Positions 18,077 to 28,367 are shown, counted from the stretch's first letter. The stretch is 64,000 nt of DNA from Candidatus Caldarchaeales archaeon (GCA_039630085.1 JBCNVM010000001.1:128001-192000), one strand, 5' to 3'. The notes: generated by a model from the sequence alone, not told the origin. Program-made: numbers and translations.

Positions 18077-19399
18077 TCAGGCGGGCATAGGCTTGATAGC
18101 CCTGATCTCGAGCATCGCCTCGAGCACCCTCCGCGTCCTCTCGACGATGTCCCTGGCCCTGACCAGCTCGTCCTCGTAAGTGGTCGGGGACCTTGCGAGC
18201 CTCGAGTCAGAGAGCTGCCTGGCGACGGCCGCCGCGACCCTCGGGAAGACCTCCCACTCCTCCATCGTCGGGATGATGTACTCCTCGTGGGTTCCCTTCT
18301 CCTCGGCGCACTTCGCGAGCTCGACGGCCGCGGCTATCGCGGTGTCGTAAGTTATGCCCCTGGACCTGACGTCGAGGGCGCCCCTGAAGACCGCCGGGAA
18401 GACGAGGCTGTTGTTTACCTGGTTCGGGAAGTCGCTCCTGCCGGTCGCGACGATCGCCGCTCCGGCCTCCTTCGCCTCCCAGGGCCATATCTCCGGCACC
18501 GGGTTCGCCAGCGCGAAGACGACCGGGTCCTTGGCCATCGCCTTGACGTGCTCCTTCTTGACGATGCCGGGGCCGGGCCTCGAGGCTGCTATCAGGACGT
18601 CGGCGTCGACTACCGCCTCGTCCAGGCCTCCCTTCACCCTGTCCTTGTTGGTCTTGATCGCGAGCTCGTACTTCCACCTGTTCTTCAGCATCAGAGAGTC
18701 CACGTCGTCCCTCTCGGGGTGCAGCACGCCCTTGGTGTCGATGAGTATCATGTTCCCCGGGTTGAAGCCGTACCGCTCGAGGAGGAAGGCGGTCGCTATG
18801 TTCGCGGCTCCGGCGCCCAGTAGGACGATGCGGGTACCCTTGACGGGCCTGCCGGTGAGCTTGAGGGCGTTGATGAGCGCAGCCAGCGTCGACGCGGCCG
18901 TCCCGAGCTGGTCGTCGTGCCATACGGGGACCTCGAGCTCGGCCATCAGCCTCTCGAGGATGTAGAAGCACTCCGGGGAGGAGATGTCCTCGAGGTTGAA
19001 CCCTCCGAAGGCCGGCTCGAGTGACTTGACGATCTCGATGAACTTCTCGGGGGTCTCGGCCCTCACGGGCAGCGGGAACGCATCGACTCCTCCGAGGAAC
19101 TTGAAGATGAGCGCCTTCCCCTCCATCACGGGCAGGGAGGCTTCGGGCCCCACGTTGCCCAGTCCCAAAACCCTGCTGCCGTTGGTGATGACCGCTATCG
19201 TGTTCCAGCGGTTCGTCAGGTGGAAGGACTCGTCCTTGTTCCTCTCGATCGCCCTCGAGACCTCCGCGACCCCGGGCGTGTACCAGATCGCGAAGTCCTT
19301 CAGGGACCTGACGGGGACCTTGGGAATCGTCTCGACCTTCCCGCCGTAATACCTCGAGTACTTCACGGCCAGCTCGCCGAGGCTCTCCGTACCGCTCAA
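18077..19399 (-). CDS. NAD(P)-dependent malic enzyme
   Basis: YTPGVA, PVMEGKA, NLEDI, HDDQLGT, GAGAA, TGRSDFPNQVNN. Confidence 0.95.
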   Translation of the reverse strand: MSGTESLGELAVKYSRYYGGKVETIPKVPVRSLKDFAIWYTPGVAEVSRAIERNKDESFHLTNRWNTIAVITNGSRVLGLGNVGPEASLPVMEGKALIFKFLGGVDAFPLPVRAETPEKFIEIVKSLEPAFGGFNLEDISSPECFYILERLMAELEVPVWHDDQLGTAASTLAALINALKLTGRPVKGTRIVLLGAGAANIATAFLLERYGFNPGNMILIDTKGVLHPERDDVDSLMLKNRWKYELAIKTNKDRVKGGLDEAVVDADVLIAASRPGPGIVKKEHVKAMAKDPVVFALANPVPEIWPWEAKEAGAAIVATGRSDFPNQVNNSLVFPAVFRGALDVRSRGITYDTAIAAAVELAKCAEEKGTHEEYIIPTMEEWEVFPRVAAAVARQLSDSRLARSPTTYEDELVRARDIVERTRRVLEAMLEIRAIKPMPA

Positions 19400-19537
19400 C
19401 CCCGACCCACTTAGAACCGCCTCGGATTATAAGTGTGAGGCTCGACTAGTTCGGCAATACTGACGTATGCTTTCGGGAAGCTCGACCGGGGCCGCCCGTG
19501 AGCGATTCATATCCGATCGGTCGGAGAGGGTAGAGGG

Positions 19538-20098
19538 TTGCCGTTATTCGACAGGCGGAGGAAGAGGCTCGAGAAGGTCGACAGGGTGGTTGCAGGCCTG
19601 TCGATCCTCAGGGACAGGCTCGACAGGAGGATCAGGGAGATGAACCGGCGACAGCGCCAGCTCTTCGAGCAGGTCGTCGCCGCGAAGTCGGAGGGCGACG
19701 ACGAGAGGGCCCTGATCTACGCGAGCGAGCTGAAGCAGTTGAGGGCGATGATGAACCTCACGATCAGGAACGAGCTGATTATAGAGGCGGTGATGAACAG
19801 GCTGAGCGCGGTCAGGGACCTGGAGGACCTCAGGAACTACGTCGCGCCGATAAGGTCCCTGGTCTCCTCGATCGCACCAGACGTCAGGGGGATCCTGCCG
19901 GAGGTCAGCGTCCACGTCCACAGGGTCCAGTCAGACCTCGAGGACCTCTCGCTGGAGATGGGGAGCGTCCCGAACGTGGTCCTCAGGCCCATCGAGCCCG
20001 ACGAGGAGGAGGTGCGGAGGATACTGGAGGAGGCGAGCGAGATCGCGAAGAGGAGGCTGAGGGACTCGACGCCGGAGCCGCCCTCAAGGGCCCTCTAG
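19538..20098 (+). CDS. Snf7/ESCRT-III (CdvB-like) protein
   Basis: RALIYASELKQLR helix; EEVRRILEEA...PEPP C-terminus. Confidence 0.8.
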   Translation: MPLFDRRRKRLEKVDRVVAGLSILRDRLDRRIREMNRRQRQLFEQVVAAKSEGDDERALIYASELKQLRAMMNLTIRNELIIEAVMNRLSAVRDLEDLRNYVAPIRSLVSSIAPDVRGILPEVSVHVHRVQSDLEDLSLEMGSVPNVVLRPIEPDEEEVRRILEEASEIAKRRLRDSTPEPPSRAL

Positions 20099-20565
20099 CC
20101 TATCCTTTCCAGAACCCGCTTGATCTCCTCGTAGTCGGGCTCCTTGAGCGGGTCCTCGGAGACCCAGGAGTACCTCACGACCCCCTGCCTGTCGAGGACG
20201 AAGACCGACCTCTTCGCCGCGGAGTACCCCTTCATCCCCGCGAAGTCCTCGTGGACCCCTCCGTACATCCTGGAGACCTGCCGGGCGTAGTCGGAGAGGA
20301 GCGGGTAGTTCAGGTTGTTGTACTGCGCGAAGGCCTTCAGGGCGAACGGGTCGTTGACGGAGATCCCGATCACAACCGCGTCGAGCTCGTTGAACCTGCT
20401 CATCCCGTCCCTGAAGGTGCACATCTCCTTGGTGCAGACCGACGTGAAGGCTCCCGGGAAGAAGGCCAGCACCACCTTCTTTCCCCTGAACTCGCTGAGC
20501 CTCCTCGGCTTCCTGTCCTGGTCGAGCAGCTCGAAGTCCGGCGCCTGCTCACCGACCTTGACCAT
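20095..20565 (-). CDS. Peroxiredoxin (BCP/PrxQ-like)
   Basis: FFPGAFTSVCTKEMC. Confidence 0.93.
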   Translation of the reverse strand: MVKVGEQAPDFELLDQDRKPRRLSEFRGKKVVLAFFPGAFTSVCTKEMCTFRDGMSRFNELDAVVIGISVNDPFALKAFAQYNNLNYPLLSDYARQVSRMYGGVHEDFAGMKGYSAAKRSVFVLDRQGVVRYSWVSEDPLKEPDYEEIKRVLERIG

Positions 20566-20618
20566 GTCAACTCCCGCGGAGGCTCGCAGGATATAATTCT
20601 CACACGACGACTCGGACT

Positions 20619-21338
20619 TCAGCCCTTCAGTCCCAAGTAGAGCCTCCCGAGCTCCCTGCTCTCGAGGAGCTCCCTCGCGGGGCCGTCGAATACCAGCCTC
20701 CCGCTCACGAGGAGCTGCGCCCTGTCGCCGTACTCGAGGGCCCTGAGGGCGTTCTGCTCCACTAGGAGGACGGTGATGCCGTGTTCGTCCCTCAGCTCCG
20801 CTATCTTGTCGAGGACCATCTTCGCGACCTTCGGGGCCAGGTTCGCGGTGGGCTCGTCGAAGAGCATCACCTTCGGCCTCCTGACCAGCGCGACCGCCAT
20901 CGCGAGCATTTGCCGCTCGCCGCCGCTCAGGGTGCCGGCCCTCCTCTTCCAGTACCTCTCGAGGACCGGGAAAGAGGCCATCGCCTCCTCGATCCTCTCG
21001 CGGGCCTCCTCCCTGTCCAGACCGTAGGTCGCCATCATGAGGTTCTCCCTGACGGCGAGGTTCGCGAAGACGTTGTCGGTCTGCGGGAGGTATGCTATCC
21101 CGAGCCTCGCGACCTGGTGCGACGGCCTTCCCGTGATGTCGATGCCGTCGAAGATCACCTTCCCCGAGAAGACCTTCGTGAACCCGAAGATCGTCCTGAG
21201 GAGGGTGGACTTCCCGGAGCCGTTGGGGCCGACTATCGAGGTGATCAGCTTCGGGGAGTAGGAGGCGGTCACGCCGAAGAGGACGTGGAGTGGGCCGTAT
21301 CCGGCCTCGAGTTCCCTCAGCTCGATCATCTCACCCAC
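20619..21338 (-). CDS. livF: Branched-chain amino acid ABC transporter ATPase
   Basis: GPNGSGKST, LSGGERQML, VEQN. Confidence 0.9.
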   Translation of the reverse strand: MGEMIELRELEAGYGPLHVLFGVTASYSPKLITSIVGPNGSGKSTLLRTIFGFTKVFSGKVIFDGIDITGRPSHQVARLGIAYLPQTDNVFANLAVRENLMMATYGLDREEARERIEEAMASFPVLERYWKRRAGTLSGGERQMLAMAVALVRRPKVMLFDEPTANLAPKVAKMVLDKIAELRDEHGITVLLVEQNALRALEYGDRAQLLVSGRLVFDGPARELLESRELGRLYLGLKG

Positions 21339-22095
21339 CCAGGTAGGACTCGATCACCTTAGTGTCCGTGAGGACCTCCTCCGGCTTGCCCTCGGCGATG
21401 ACCTTGCCGTTGAACATCGCGTAGCACCAGTCGGCGTACTTCATCGCGATCTCCAGCCTGTGCTCCACGATCAGGAAGGTGACGCCCAGGCTCTCCTTGA
21501 TCCTGACGAGGTTCGCGAATATCTCCTCGGCCAACGCGGGGTTCACCCCAGCCGCCGGCTCGTCGAGGAGGAGGACCCGGGCTCCGCTCATGAGGGCCCT
21601 CGCGATCTCGAGGAGCTTCATCTGACCGCCGCTGAGCTTGAAGGCCTCGGCGTCCCACAGGTGGTCGAGCCTGACGAGGTTCAGTATCTCGTAGGCCCTC
21701 CTCACCGACTCCTCCTCGTGCCTGACCCAGGACCTCCTCCTGGTGATGAAGGAGAGGGGGCCCTCGCCCGGGTGGGAGCCGTCGGCGACGAGGACGTTCT
21801 CGAGCACGCTCATCCTCAGGAAGGGCTGGGGTATCTGCCAGGTCCTCAGGACGCCCAGCCTGTAGATCTCGTGCGGCTGAAGCCCCGTGATGTCCCGCTC
21901 GTTCAGTAGGATCCTGCCCGCATCCGGCTTGAGCACTCCGGAGATCACGTTGATGAGGGTCGTCTTGCCGGAGCCGTTGGGGCCCACCAGCAGGGACGTC
22001 GTCGCGGGCCTAACCTCCATGTCGACCCCGTCCAGCGCCCTCAGGCCTCCGAAGGTCTTCACCACGCCGATTACCCTAATGCCGGCTCCCCGCAT
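21331..22095 (-). CDS. livG: Branched-chain amino acid ABC transporter ATPase
   Basis: FGGLRAL, GPNGSGKTT, DEPAAG, IVEH. Confidence 0.9.
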   Translation of the reverse strand: MRGAGIRVIGVVKTFGGLRALDGVDMEVRPATTSLLVGPNGSGKTTLINVISGVLKPDAGRILLNERDITGLQPHEIYRLGVLRTWQIPQPFLRMSVLENVLVADGSHPGEGPLSFITRRRSWVRHEEESVRRAYEILNLVRLDHLWDAEAFKLSGGQMKLLEIARALMSGARVLLLDEPAAGVNPALAEEIFANLVRIKESLGVTFLIVEHRLEIAMKYADWCYAMFNGKVIAEGKPEEVLTDTKVIESYLGG

Positions 22096-22120
22096 GAGTT
22101 CCTCTGTTTTGACGATCGTG

Positions 22121-22140
22121 AAAATGGGGTAAAAATAGGT
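22121..22140 (-). terminator. Oligo-T terminator after the substrate-binding gene
   Basis: Minus strand ACCTATTTTTACCCCATTTT shortly after the stop codon. Confidence 0.5.
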
Positions 22141-22158
22141 TCGCGCTTTAGGGATGGC

Positions 22159-23553
22159 TTACGGGGTGAAGCCCGGCGTCCAGCTGAACGCTCCGGTCGC
22201 GAAGCTGTACGTCCCGGCCTTGACCCAGTCGAACTTGTCTCCCACCCTCGACACGATCCATATGCCGTAGTCTGCACCTGCCAGGTCTCCTGCAGCGTTG
22301 AGGATCATGGGACCGACCGCGCCGTAATAGTTCCTCGCTACGCTCGGAAGGACCCTCCTTATCAGGTCTGCGTCAACCCTATCGACCTGCAACAGCGCGA
22401 GCGTGTACACCCAGAGCTGATCGTATGCGGCGTAAGCGTACGCGTCTGGTTCCCTGCCCAGCCTCTGCTTCACGTGGTTCGTTACGCGCTGAGTCTTATC
22501 GTTCTCGGCCGGCGCGAATATGGGGTTGAGCCACTTCACCCTTACGGCGAAGTCCCGTGCCTTCGGGTCCTGTAGTATCTCGGCCAGCTGAGCTGTTCCG
22601 TCGCTCCCGAACCACTTGACCCTCGCGAGCTCGGGGTAGTCCGCGGCCGTCGAGAGGAACGCCACGGCCTCACCGAACGCTACGTACTCGATCATTATCT
22701 TCTCGGGCGCGACGCCCTGTCCGGTCAGCTGTCTGACGGTCGCCACGAGCGAAGCCACCTCGGCTGAGAACTCCTTCTTCTCCGGCGCGTACCTTATCCC
22801 GCCGGTGCCCTCGCCGAAGACCCTGAGGCCGAGCTTCCTAGCCTCCTCGCTGGAGGTCCTGTAGAGGCCGTCGCCCCATGCGTCGCCCCTCCAGACGTAG
22901 ATGATGTGGGTCACTCCCAGCTCCTTCGCGAGCCTAGGACCTATCGGGCCTTGGATCGTGTCGTCGGGGCATCCCCTGAAGACGAAGTCGTCGGGGATCG
23001 CGAGGTCTGGCGCCGTCGAGGACTGGCTGAAGAGCAGCAGCTTGTTGGCGTCGACGTAGGACTTGATCCTCCTGATCTCGGCGCTGGTCTGGGGCCCGAT
23101 GTAAAGGACTATGCCCCTGGCGGCCAGGCTCTTCAGCTTCGCGTCCGCAGTCTCGGGCTTGGTCTCCGTGTCCTCGACGACGACCTTTATCGTGAAGCCG
23201 GCGCCCACCGACTTGAGGTATTCGTTGACTTCCCTCTCCGCCAGCTCGAGGGCGACCCTGCTGTTCTCTCCGAAGGAGGCGAGGTCGCCGGTCAGCGGGA
23301 GCAGCGCACCTATCTGGATCTCGCCCCTCAGCCCGGCCGGCGCGGTCACGGTTCGGACTTCGGTCCTTACCTCGGTCCTGACAGCGGTCATCGTCTGAAC
23401 CACCGTCCTGAACTCGGTCTTCGCCACCTCCCTCGGCGGCGTTACGGCCGGTCCTAGGGCGAAGGCGCCGACGACCAAGCCGACGATCAGCAGAGCGACG
23501 GCGAGCCCGGCAGCGGCACCCGTTGACATCCCGATGGACCTTGTCCTTCGCAT
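22159..23553 (-). CDS. LivJ/K-type ABC substrate-binding protein with N-terminal anchor and Thr/Val-rich linker
   Basis: IGALLPLTGDLA, STAPDL, AYAAYD. Confidence 0.9.
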   Translation of the reverse strand: MRRTRSIGMSTGAAAGLAVALLIVGLVVGAFALGPAVTPPREVAKTEFRTVVQTMTAVRTEVRTEVRTVTAPAGLRGEIQIGALLPLTGDLASFGENSRVALELAEREVNEYLKSVGAGFTIKVVVEDTETKPETADAKLKSLAARGIVLYIGPQTSAEIRRIKSYVDANKLLLFSQSSTAPDLAIPDDFVFRGCPDDTIQGPIGPRLAKELGVTHIIYVWRGDAWGDGLYRTSSEEARKLGLRVFGEGTGGIRYAPEKKEFSAEVASLVATVRQLTGQGVAPEKIMIEYVAFGEAVAFLSTAADYPELARVKWFGSDGTAQLAEILQDPKARDFAVRVKWLNPIFAPAENDKTQRVTNHVKQRLGREPDAYAYAAYDQLWVYTLALLQVDRVDADLIRRVLPSVARNYYGAVGPMILNAAGDLAGADYGIWIVSRVGDKFDWVKAGTYSFATGAFSWTPGFTP

Positions 23554-23661
23554 TGCAGCAGTTCGACCACTTCGGCTGCATTTAAATTTTCATCAAAACT
23601 TTAAGGTCGATCGATTCTCGCTCACGGACCTTTATCTCGAGCCTCGCGGTGGATCTCATCC

Positions 23662-24594
23662 GTGCTGGACCCGCTGGCGAGGGACGCGGTGATCTACGCG
23701 AGCACGCTCTCGATGCTCAGCCTAGGCCTTACCCTCACGTACCTGACTACGAAGGTCCCCAACTTCGCCCACGGAAGCCTCGCGACGATAGGGTCCTACA
23801 CGCTCCTCACCTTCACCTCGGTCCTCCGCACGAACGCCTACTACTCGCTCCCCGCGGCCTTCGCCCTCTCCGGGGGCGCTGCGGCCGCCCTCTACCTCAT
23901 GGCCCTGAGGCCGCTGATCAGGAGGGGTGCGAGCTTCGTCCACCAGATGATCGCGACCATCGCCTTCGAGCTGGTCCTGCTCGCGTCCCTCAACATCTAC
24001 GCCGACGTGCTCACGAGGACGTTCAGGGTCACGTCGAGGGACGTCCTGCTCCGGAGGTTCGACGTCCAGATCGAGGGCGTCGGGCCGGGGGTCCTGCCGG
24101 CCTCTGTCCTGATGGTCGCGGTGACGCTGACCTCCCTCGTCCTGCTGCTCCACCGGACTAGGTTCGGGGTCGCGATGAGGGCGGCCATCGAGAACCCGAT
24201 GCTCGCGGGGTCGCTGGGGGTGAACGTCCAGCTCGTCTACCTATTCTCCTGGTTCCTCGCAGGGGGACTCGCGGGCGTCTCGGGCGTCCTTCTCGGACTC
24301 TGGTACCAGCAGGACCCGGCGTACGGGTCTAGGCTCCTCGTCAGCGTCTTCGCCTCGAGCATCCTCGGAGGCCTCTCCAGCATCTACGGCGCCGTCCTCG
24401 GCGGCTACGTGGTGGGCCTGGTGGAGGTCTACGGGATCTTCCTCGCGTCGCGGGTCTGGCCTTGGATTCTGCCCTACAGGATCGTCTTCCCGCTCCTCAT
24501 CATGAGCGTCACGCTGCTGGTCTTCCCGAGGGGGCTCGCGGGAGTTCAGCTCCCCTCGGCGCTGTTCAAGTTCAGGAGGGCGGAGGTGCGGTGA
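23662..24594 (+). CDS. livH: Branched-chain amino acid ABC permease
   Basis: NFAHG, TRFGVAMRA, ILGGLSSIYGA. Confidence 0.9.
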   Translation: MLDPLARDAVIYASTLSMLSLGLTLTYLTTKVPNFAHGSLATIGSYTLLTFTSVLRTNAYYSLPAAFALSGGAAAALYLMALRPLIRRGASFVHQMIATIAFELVLLASLNIYADVLTRTFRVTSRDVLLRRFDVQIEGVGPGVLPASVLMVAVTLTSLVLLLHRTRFGVAMRAAIENPMLAGSLGVNVQLVYLFSWFLAGGLAGVSGVLLGLWYQQDPAYGSRLLVSVFASSILGGLSSIYGAVLGGYVVGLVEVYGIFLASRVWPWILPYRIVFPLLIMSVTLLVFPRGLAGVQLPSALFKFRRAEVR

Positions 24595-24598
24595 GGCC

Positions 24599-25750
24599 TT
24601 GATCGACCCCGAGTCGCTGAGGCTCGCGTACATCTTCGCGGTGGACCTCCTGGCGTTCTTGGGAGTCTACCTGATCGTCAACCTCACGCTCGAGCTGGAG
24701 TACGGGAAGGCTGGAATACCGAACTTCGGGAAGGTCCTGAGCGTCGCGGGCGGAGCCTTCGTCGCGGGCGCGGTCCCCGGCAGGGTCCTCGCGGCGGCGT
24801 ACAACATGTTCGCGGGAGCCAACGCGATAACGCATCCCGTCGTCGCGGAGTGCGTGAGGGGCCTCGCGCCCCAGAAGCCCGCGATCCTGACTAGGATGGA
24901 CTACATCGAGGACAACGTCGTGATAGCGACCTGCCTCCAGAGCGGTGTGCTCTCCCAGGACCCCCTCCTCTCGATCGGCGTCCTCGTGATGACGCTGCTC
25001 CTCGCGGCGTCGGTCGGCGCGGTCCTCGGGCTAGTCGCCTCCTACCCCGCCCTCAGGCTCAGGGAGGACTACCTCGCGATGACGCTTCTGGCGTTCGGGG
25101 AGTTCCTCACCGCGGTGGGCTACTACAACAGGGAGATCATCGGCGGCACCCTCGGGATTCAGGTGATAGACCCGTTCTCTTGGGCGGGAGCGGGTATGAG
25201 GTTCACGGTCGCTACGCTCGCGATCGTCCTCGTGGCGGTCCTCGTAGCCCTGTACGTCAGGGGTGTCGGCCGCTCCCCCTTCGGGAGGGTCCTGAGGGCG
25301 ATGAGGGACCAGGAGCTCGCGGCGGAGGTGCTAGGGAAGGACACGGTCTACTACAAGCGGACCTTACTCATGATCAGCTCTGCGATCTCGGCCGTCGCAG
25401 GGGCGCTATGGGCCTTCTACAGCGGCGGGATCATCGCGACGGCCTTCGACAGGGTGACCTGGACCTTCCTCCCTTGGGTCATGGTGATACTGGGAGGCGC
25501 GGGGAACTACCTCGGCGTGGCCCTAGGGACCGGCGTCTACTGGTCCGCGAGGAAGCTCATCGACCAGTACAAGATGGCCCTGGAGCCAGTTCTGCCCTTC
25601 AGCGTCATCTGGTTCGACAGGCTGGCCTTCGGCGTGCTGCTGATCGTCCTGCTGATCGTGAGGCCGAAGGGCCTTATACCCGAGAGGCCGACATACGCGC
25701 TCAAGAAGTCCACGATAAGGAGGATCATCGAGTCGGTCAAGGCTAAGTAG
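24599..25750 (+). CDS. livM: Branched-chain amino acid ABC permease
   Basis: LRLREDYLAMTLLAF, SPFGRVLRAMRD. Confidence 0.9.
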   Translation: MIDPESLRLAYIFAVDLLAFLGVYLIVNLTLELEYGKAGIPNFGKVLSVAGGAFVAGAVPGRVLAAAYNMFAGANAITHPVVAECVRGLAPQKPAILTRMDYIEDNVVIATCLQSGVLSQDPLLSIGVLVMTLLLAASVGAVLGLVASYPALRLREDYLAMTLLAFGEFLTAVGYYNREIIGGTLGIQVIDPFSWAGAGMRFTVATLAIVLVAVLVALYVRGVGRSPFGRVLRAMRDQELAAEVLGKDTVYYKRTLLMISSAISAVAGALWAFYSGGIIATAFDRVTWTFLPWVMVILGGAGNYLGVALGTGVYWSARKLIDQYKMALEPVLPFSVIWFDRLAFGVLLIVLLIVRPKGLIPERPTYALKKSTIRRIIESVKAK

Positions 25751-25783
25751 GCACCGGTGGCGAGGCACAGGGGTCGGTGAGAA

Positions 25784-26968
25784 GTGGTGAGGAAGATCCA
25801 GAACCTCGTGATCGGAGGGGGTTCGACGGGCACCGCGATCGTGCATTACCTCTCGCTCGCCGAAGGGAAGGGCGTCAGGCTGATCGAGAGGGGGAGGATA
25901 GGCTGGGGCCAGACAGGGTACTCGACCGCGATCGTCAGGCTCCACTACAGCAACGAGGTCGTCGCGAGGATGGCCCTCGTCAGCCTCGGGGTCTTCGAGA
26001 GGTTCGAGGAGCTGGTGGGAGGGAACTGCGGCCTCAGGAGGGTCGGGTTCGTCCTAGCGGTACCCGAGTCGATGAGGTCAGGGCTCTCGAGGAACGTGGC
26101 GATGCTCAGGTCGATCGGCGTGGAGACCTGGGAGCTCGAACCGGATGAGCTGAAGGGCGTCCTGCCCCATGTCGATGTCTCGGGGATCGCCGCCGCGGCC
26201 TATGAGCCGATGTCGGGCTTCGCCGACCCCGTCTCGACCGCCCAGTCCTTCGCCGAGTCCGCGCGGAGGAACGGTGCTGAGGTCTCCGAGGGCGAGGAGG
26301 CCCTCAAGGTCGTCGCGGAGGGAGGAGAGGTCATCAGGGTGGTAACGAACAGGGACGAGTACGCGCCCGAGACCCTGATAGCGGCTACTGGAGTCTGGAC
26401 GAACTCGCTCTTCGGGCCCGCGGGCAGGAGGCTCCCGATCAGGGTCCTGAAGGAGGAGATAGGCGTCTTCACGAGGCCCGACGACTTCAGGGGGGAGCAC
26501 CCGGTCTTCGCCGACCTGAGCCCAGAGCTCTTCTTCTACATGCGTCCCCACGGCGAGCGGGAGACCTACGTCGGGACCATCGAGCCCCCCGGCGAGAGGG
26601 AGTCGTCGCCGGAGGAGGGCGGAGGCTCGATCGGCAGGGAGACGTTCCTCTGGTACCACGAGAGGATCTCCAAGAGGTTCCCCGCCTTCCTCAGGTCTCC
26701 CTTCGCGCCCCGCGGCTGGACGGGCCTCTACGACGTCACGCCGGACTGGCACCCGATCATAGGGAGGGACCCGGAGCTCCGGAACCTGATCTGGGCGGTC
26801 GGGCTGAGCGGCCACGGCTTCAAGCTCGCGCCGGCGATCGGCATGGCGGTGAGGGACATCGCGCTGGGGAGGAGGCCGGAGCTCTTCGAAGAGGACTTCT
26901 TCTCCGTCGAGAGGTTCCGGAGGGGAAGGCCGATCACGACCACGTACGGCATAGGCGTCGTCTCCTGA
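25784..26968 (+). CDS. FAD-dependent oxidoreductase (DAO/sarcosine oxidase beta family)
   Basis: VIGGGSTG, YDVTPDWHPIIG, GLSGHGFKLAP. Confidence 0.9.
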   Translation: MVRKIQNLVIGGGSTGTAIVHYLSLAEGKGVRLIERGRIGWGQTGYSTAIVRLHYSNEVVARMALVSLGVFERFEELVGGNCGLRRVGFVLAVPESMRSGLSRNVAMLRSIGVETWELEPDELKGVLPHVDVSGIAAAAYEPMSGFADPVSTAQSFAESARRNGAEVSEGEEALKVVAEGGEVIRVVTNRDEYAPETLIAATGVWTNSLFGPAGRRLPIRVLKEEIGVFTRPDDFRGEHPVFADLSPELFFYMRPHGERETYVGTIEPPGERESSPEEGGGSIGRETFLWYHERISKRFPAFLRSPFAPRGWTGLYDVTPDWHPIIGRDPELRNLIWAVGLSGHGFKLAPAIGMAVRDIALGRRPELFEEDFFSVERFRRGRPITTTYGIGVVS

Positions 26969-26974
26969 GAGGTC

Positions 26975-27844
26975 ATGGCCCGCCCGAGGCATCTGGTCCA
27001 GGCCGCCCTCGCCGGGGTCTTCTTCGGCACCTCTTCGATATTCGTCAGGCTGATGCCGGACCTGAGCGCCTCCTCGATCGCGTTCTACAGGCTCGGGCTC
27101 GCGTCGCTCTTCCTCGCGGCCGCGATGCTCGCCTTCGGGAGAGGGCAGGGGCTCACGTCAGGTCACTCCGCGAGGCTCCCGGTCCTCGGGTTCCTCCTGG
27201 GGCTTCACGTCGTCCTCTTCACCGCCTCCGTCAAGTCCACGACGATCCTCAACGCCGCCACGCTCGTCAACACGACGCCCGTATGGGCCCTCCTGCTCTC
27301 CGCGGTCGTATGGCGTCACCTCCCCGGCACGAGGGCCGTCGCGGGGACGGTGGTCGCGTTGGTCGGGGTCGCCGCGATCACGGCCTTCCAGTACGCCTAC
27401 TCGCCGGAGCACCTGGTCGGGGACCTGATGGCCGTGGCCTCCGCGTGGGCCTGGGCCTTCTACCTGAGCCTCGCCAGGCCCGTCAGACAGCTCTCCGACC
27501 CCCTGCTCCTCATGCCGACCGTTTACGGCGTCGCCTCGCTCACCGCGCTCGTAGGGTCTGCGGTCGTCGGCGACGGGGTCAGGGCGCCGTTCGTGGCGGA
27601 GGTGCCCGCGCTGCTGGGCCAGGCCCTCATCCCGACAGCCATCGGCCACACCCTCCAGCTCTCCTCCCTCAAGTCCCTCACGGCCCACCAGGCCGCCACC
27701 CTTGCGCTGCTGGAGCCCGTCGTCGCGACAACGCTCGGAGCGATGATCTTCTCTGAGGTTCCCAGGCCGGAGTTCTTCGCCGGCGCGGCCCTCGTCTGCG
27801 CGGGCATTTATATAGTGGTATCGGGCCAAGAGAGTTCCTCCTGA
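26975..27844 (+). CDS. DMT/EamA transporter
   Basis: About 10 TM segments in two EamA repeats; LLEPVVAT. Confidence 0.88.
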   Translation: MARPRHLVQAALAGVFFGTSSIFVRLMPDLSASSIAFYRLGLASLFLAAAMLAFGRGQGLTSGHSARLPVLGFLLGLHVVLFTASVKSTTILNAATLVNTTPVWALLLSAVVWRHLPGTRAVAGTVVALVGVAAITAFQYAYSPEHLVGDLMAVASAWAWAFYLSLARPVRQLSDPLLLMPTVYGVASLTALVGSAVVGDGVRAPFVAEVPALLGQALIPTAIGHTLQLSSLKSLTAHQAATLALLEPVVATTLGAMIFSEVPRPEFFAGAALVCAGIYIVVSGQESSS

Positions 27845-27906
27845 AGTGCGTCGACAATTCAATTTTTATTCAAGTTGTTTATATCTGGATGCAACGGTAG
27901 TGCAAA

Positions 27907-28167
27907 ATGAGCTCGGAGCAGGTGCTCGAGGTCGTGCAGCTGGACAGGTCGGTGAGGAAGTACTGGAGGATAAAGGTGCCCAGGAGGATTGCGGCGGGTG
28001 CGACCGAGGCGGTCTTCGAGGTCGGTGGAGAGCGGTGGGGCGTTCCCCTGGACAGGTACGGGAGGGTATACGTCCCAACCGTGCTCAGGAAGGACGTGGA
28101 GAAGTCCAAGTCGGTCGTGATCAGGCGGGAGGGCAGGGTGGTAGTACTGAAGCCGAGGCCCTTCTGA
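27907..28167 (+). CDS. AbrB/MraZ-like swapped-hairpin DNA-binding protein
   Basis: LDRYGRVYVP..LR motif plus a degenerate N-terminal copy; TTTATA upstream. Confidence 0.6.
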   Translation: MSSEQVLEVVQLDRSVRKYWRIKVPRRIAAGATEAVFEVGGERWGVPLDRYGRVYVPTVLRKDVEKSKSVVIRREGRVVVLKPRPF

Positions 28168-28172
28168 GCCCT

Positions 28173-28367
28173 TCAGCGCAGCAGCTTCCCCGAGGCGTAG
28201 AGCGCGATTATCAGGCCCTGCCAGAGCAGCGTCAGGACCAGCCAGACCAGCACCCAAGACCTCCCGATTCCGTCGGAGAGGTAGTTGAGCAGCGCGAAGA
28301 GTATCACGGGGACCGAGAGGGCTGCGGCCAGCTCCGTCGCCTTCACGAAGACGTTCGCGCTGCTCAA
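28173..28367 (-). CDS. Small two-TM hypothetical protein
   Basis: 64 aa, two hydrophobic helices. Confidence 0.6.
   Translation of the reverse strand: MSSANVFVKATELAAALSVPVILFALLNYLSDGIGRSWVLVWLVLTLLWQGLIIALYASGKLLR

Noticed and set aside
23340-23420. TEVRTEVRT repeats in the substrate-binding protein
   Set aside because: Ordinary Thr/Val-rich linker of archaeal membrane-anchored binding proteins; also present in 61522-62916.
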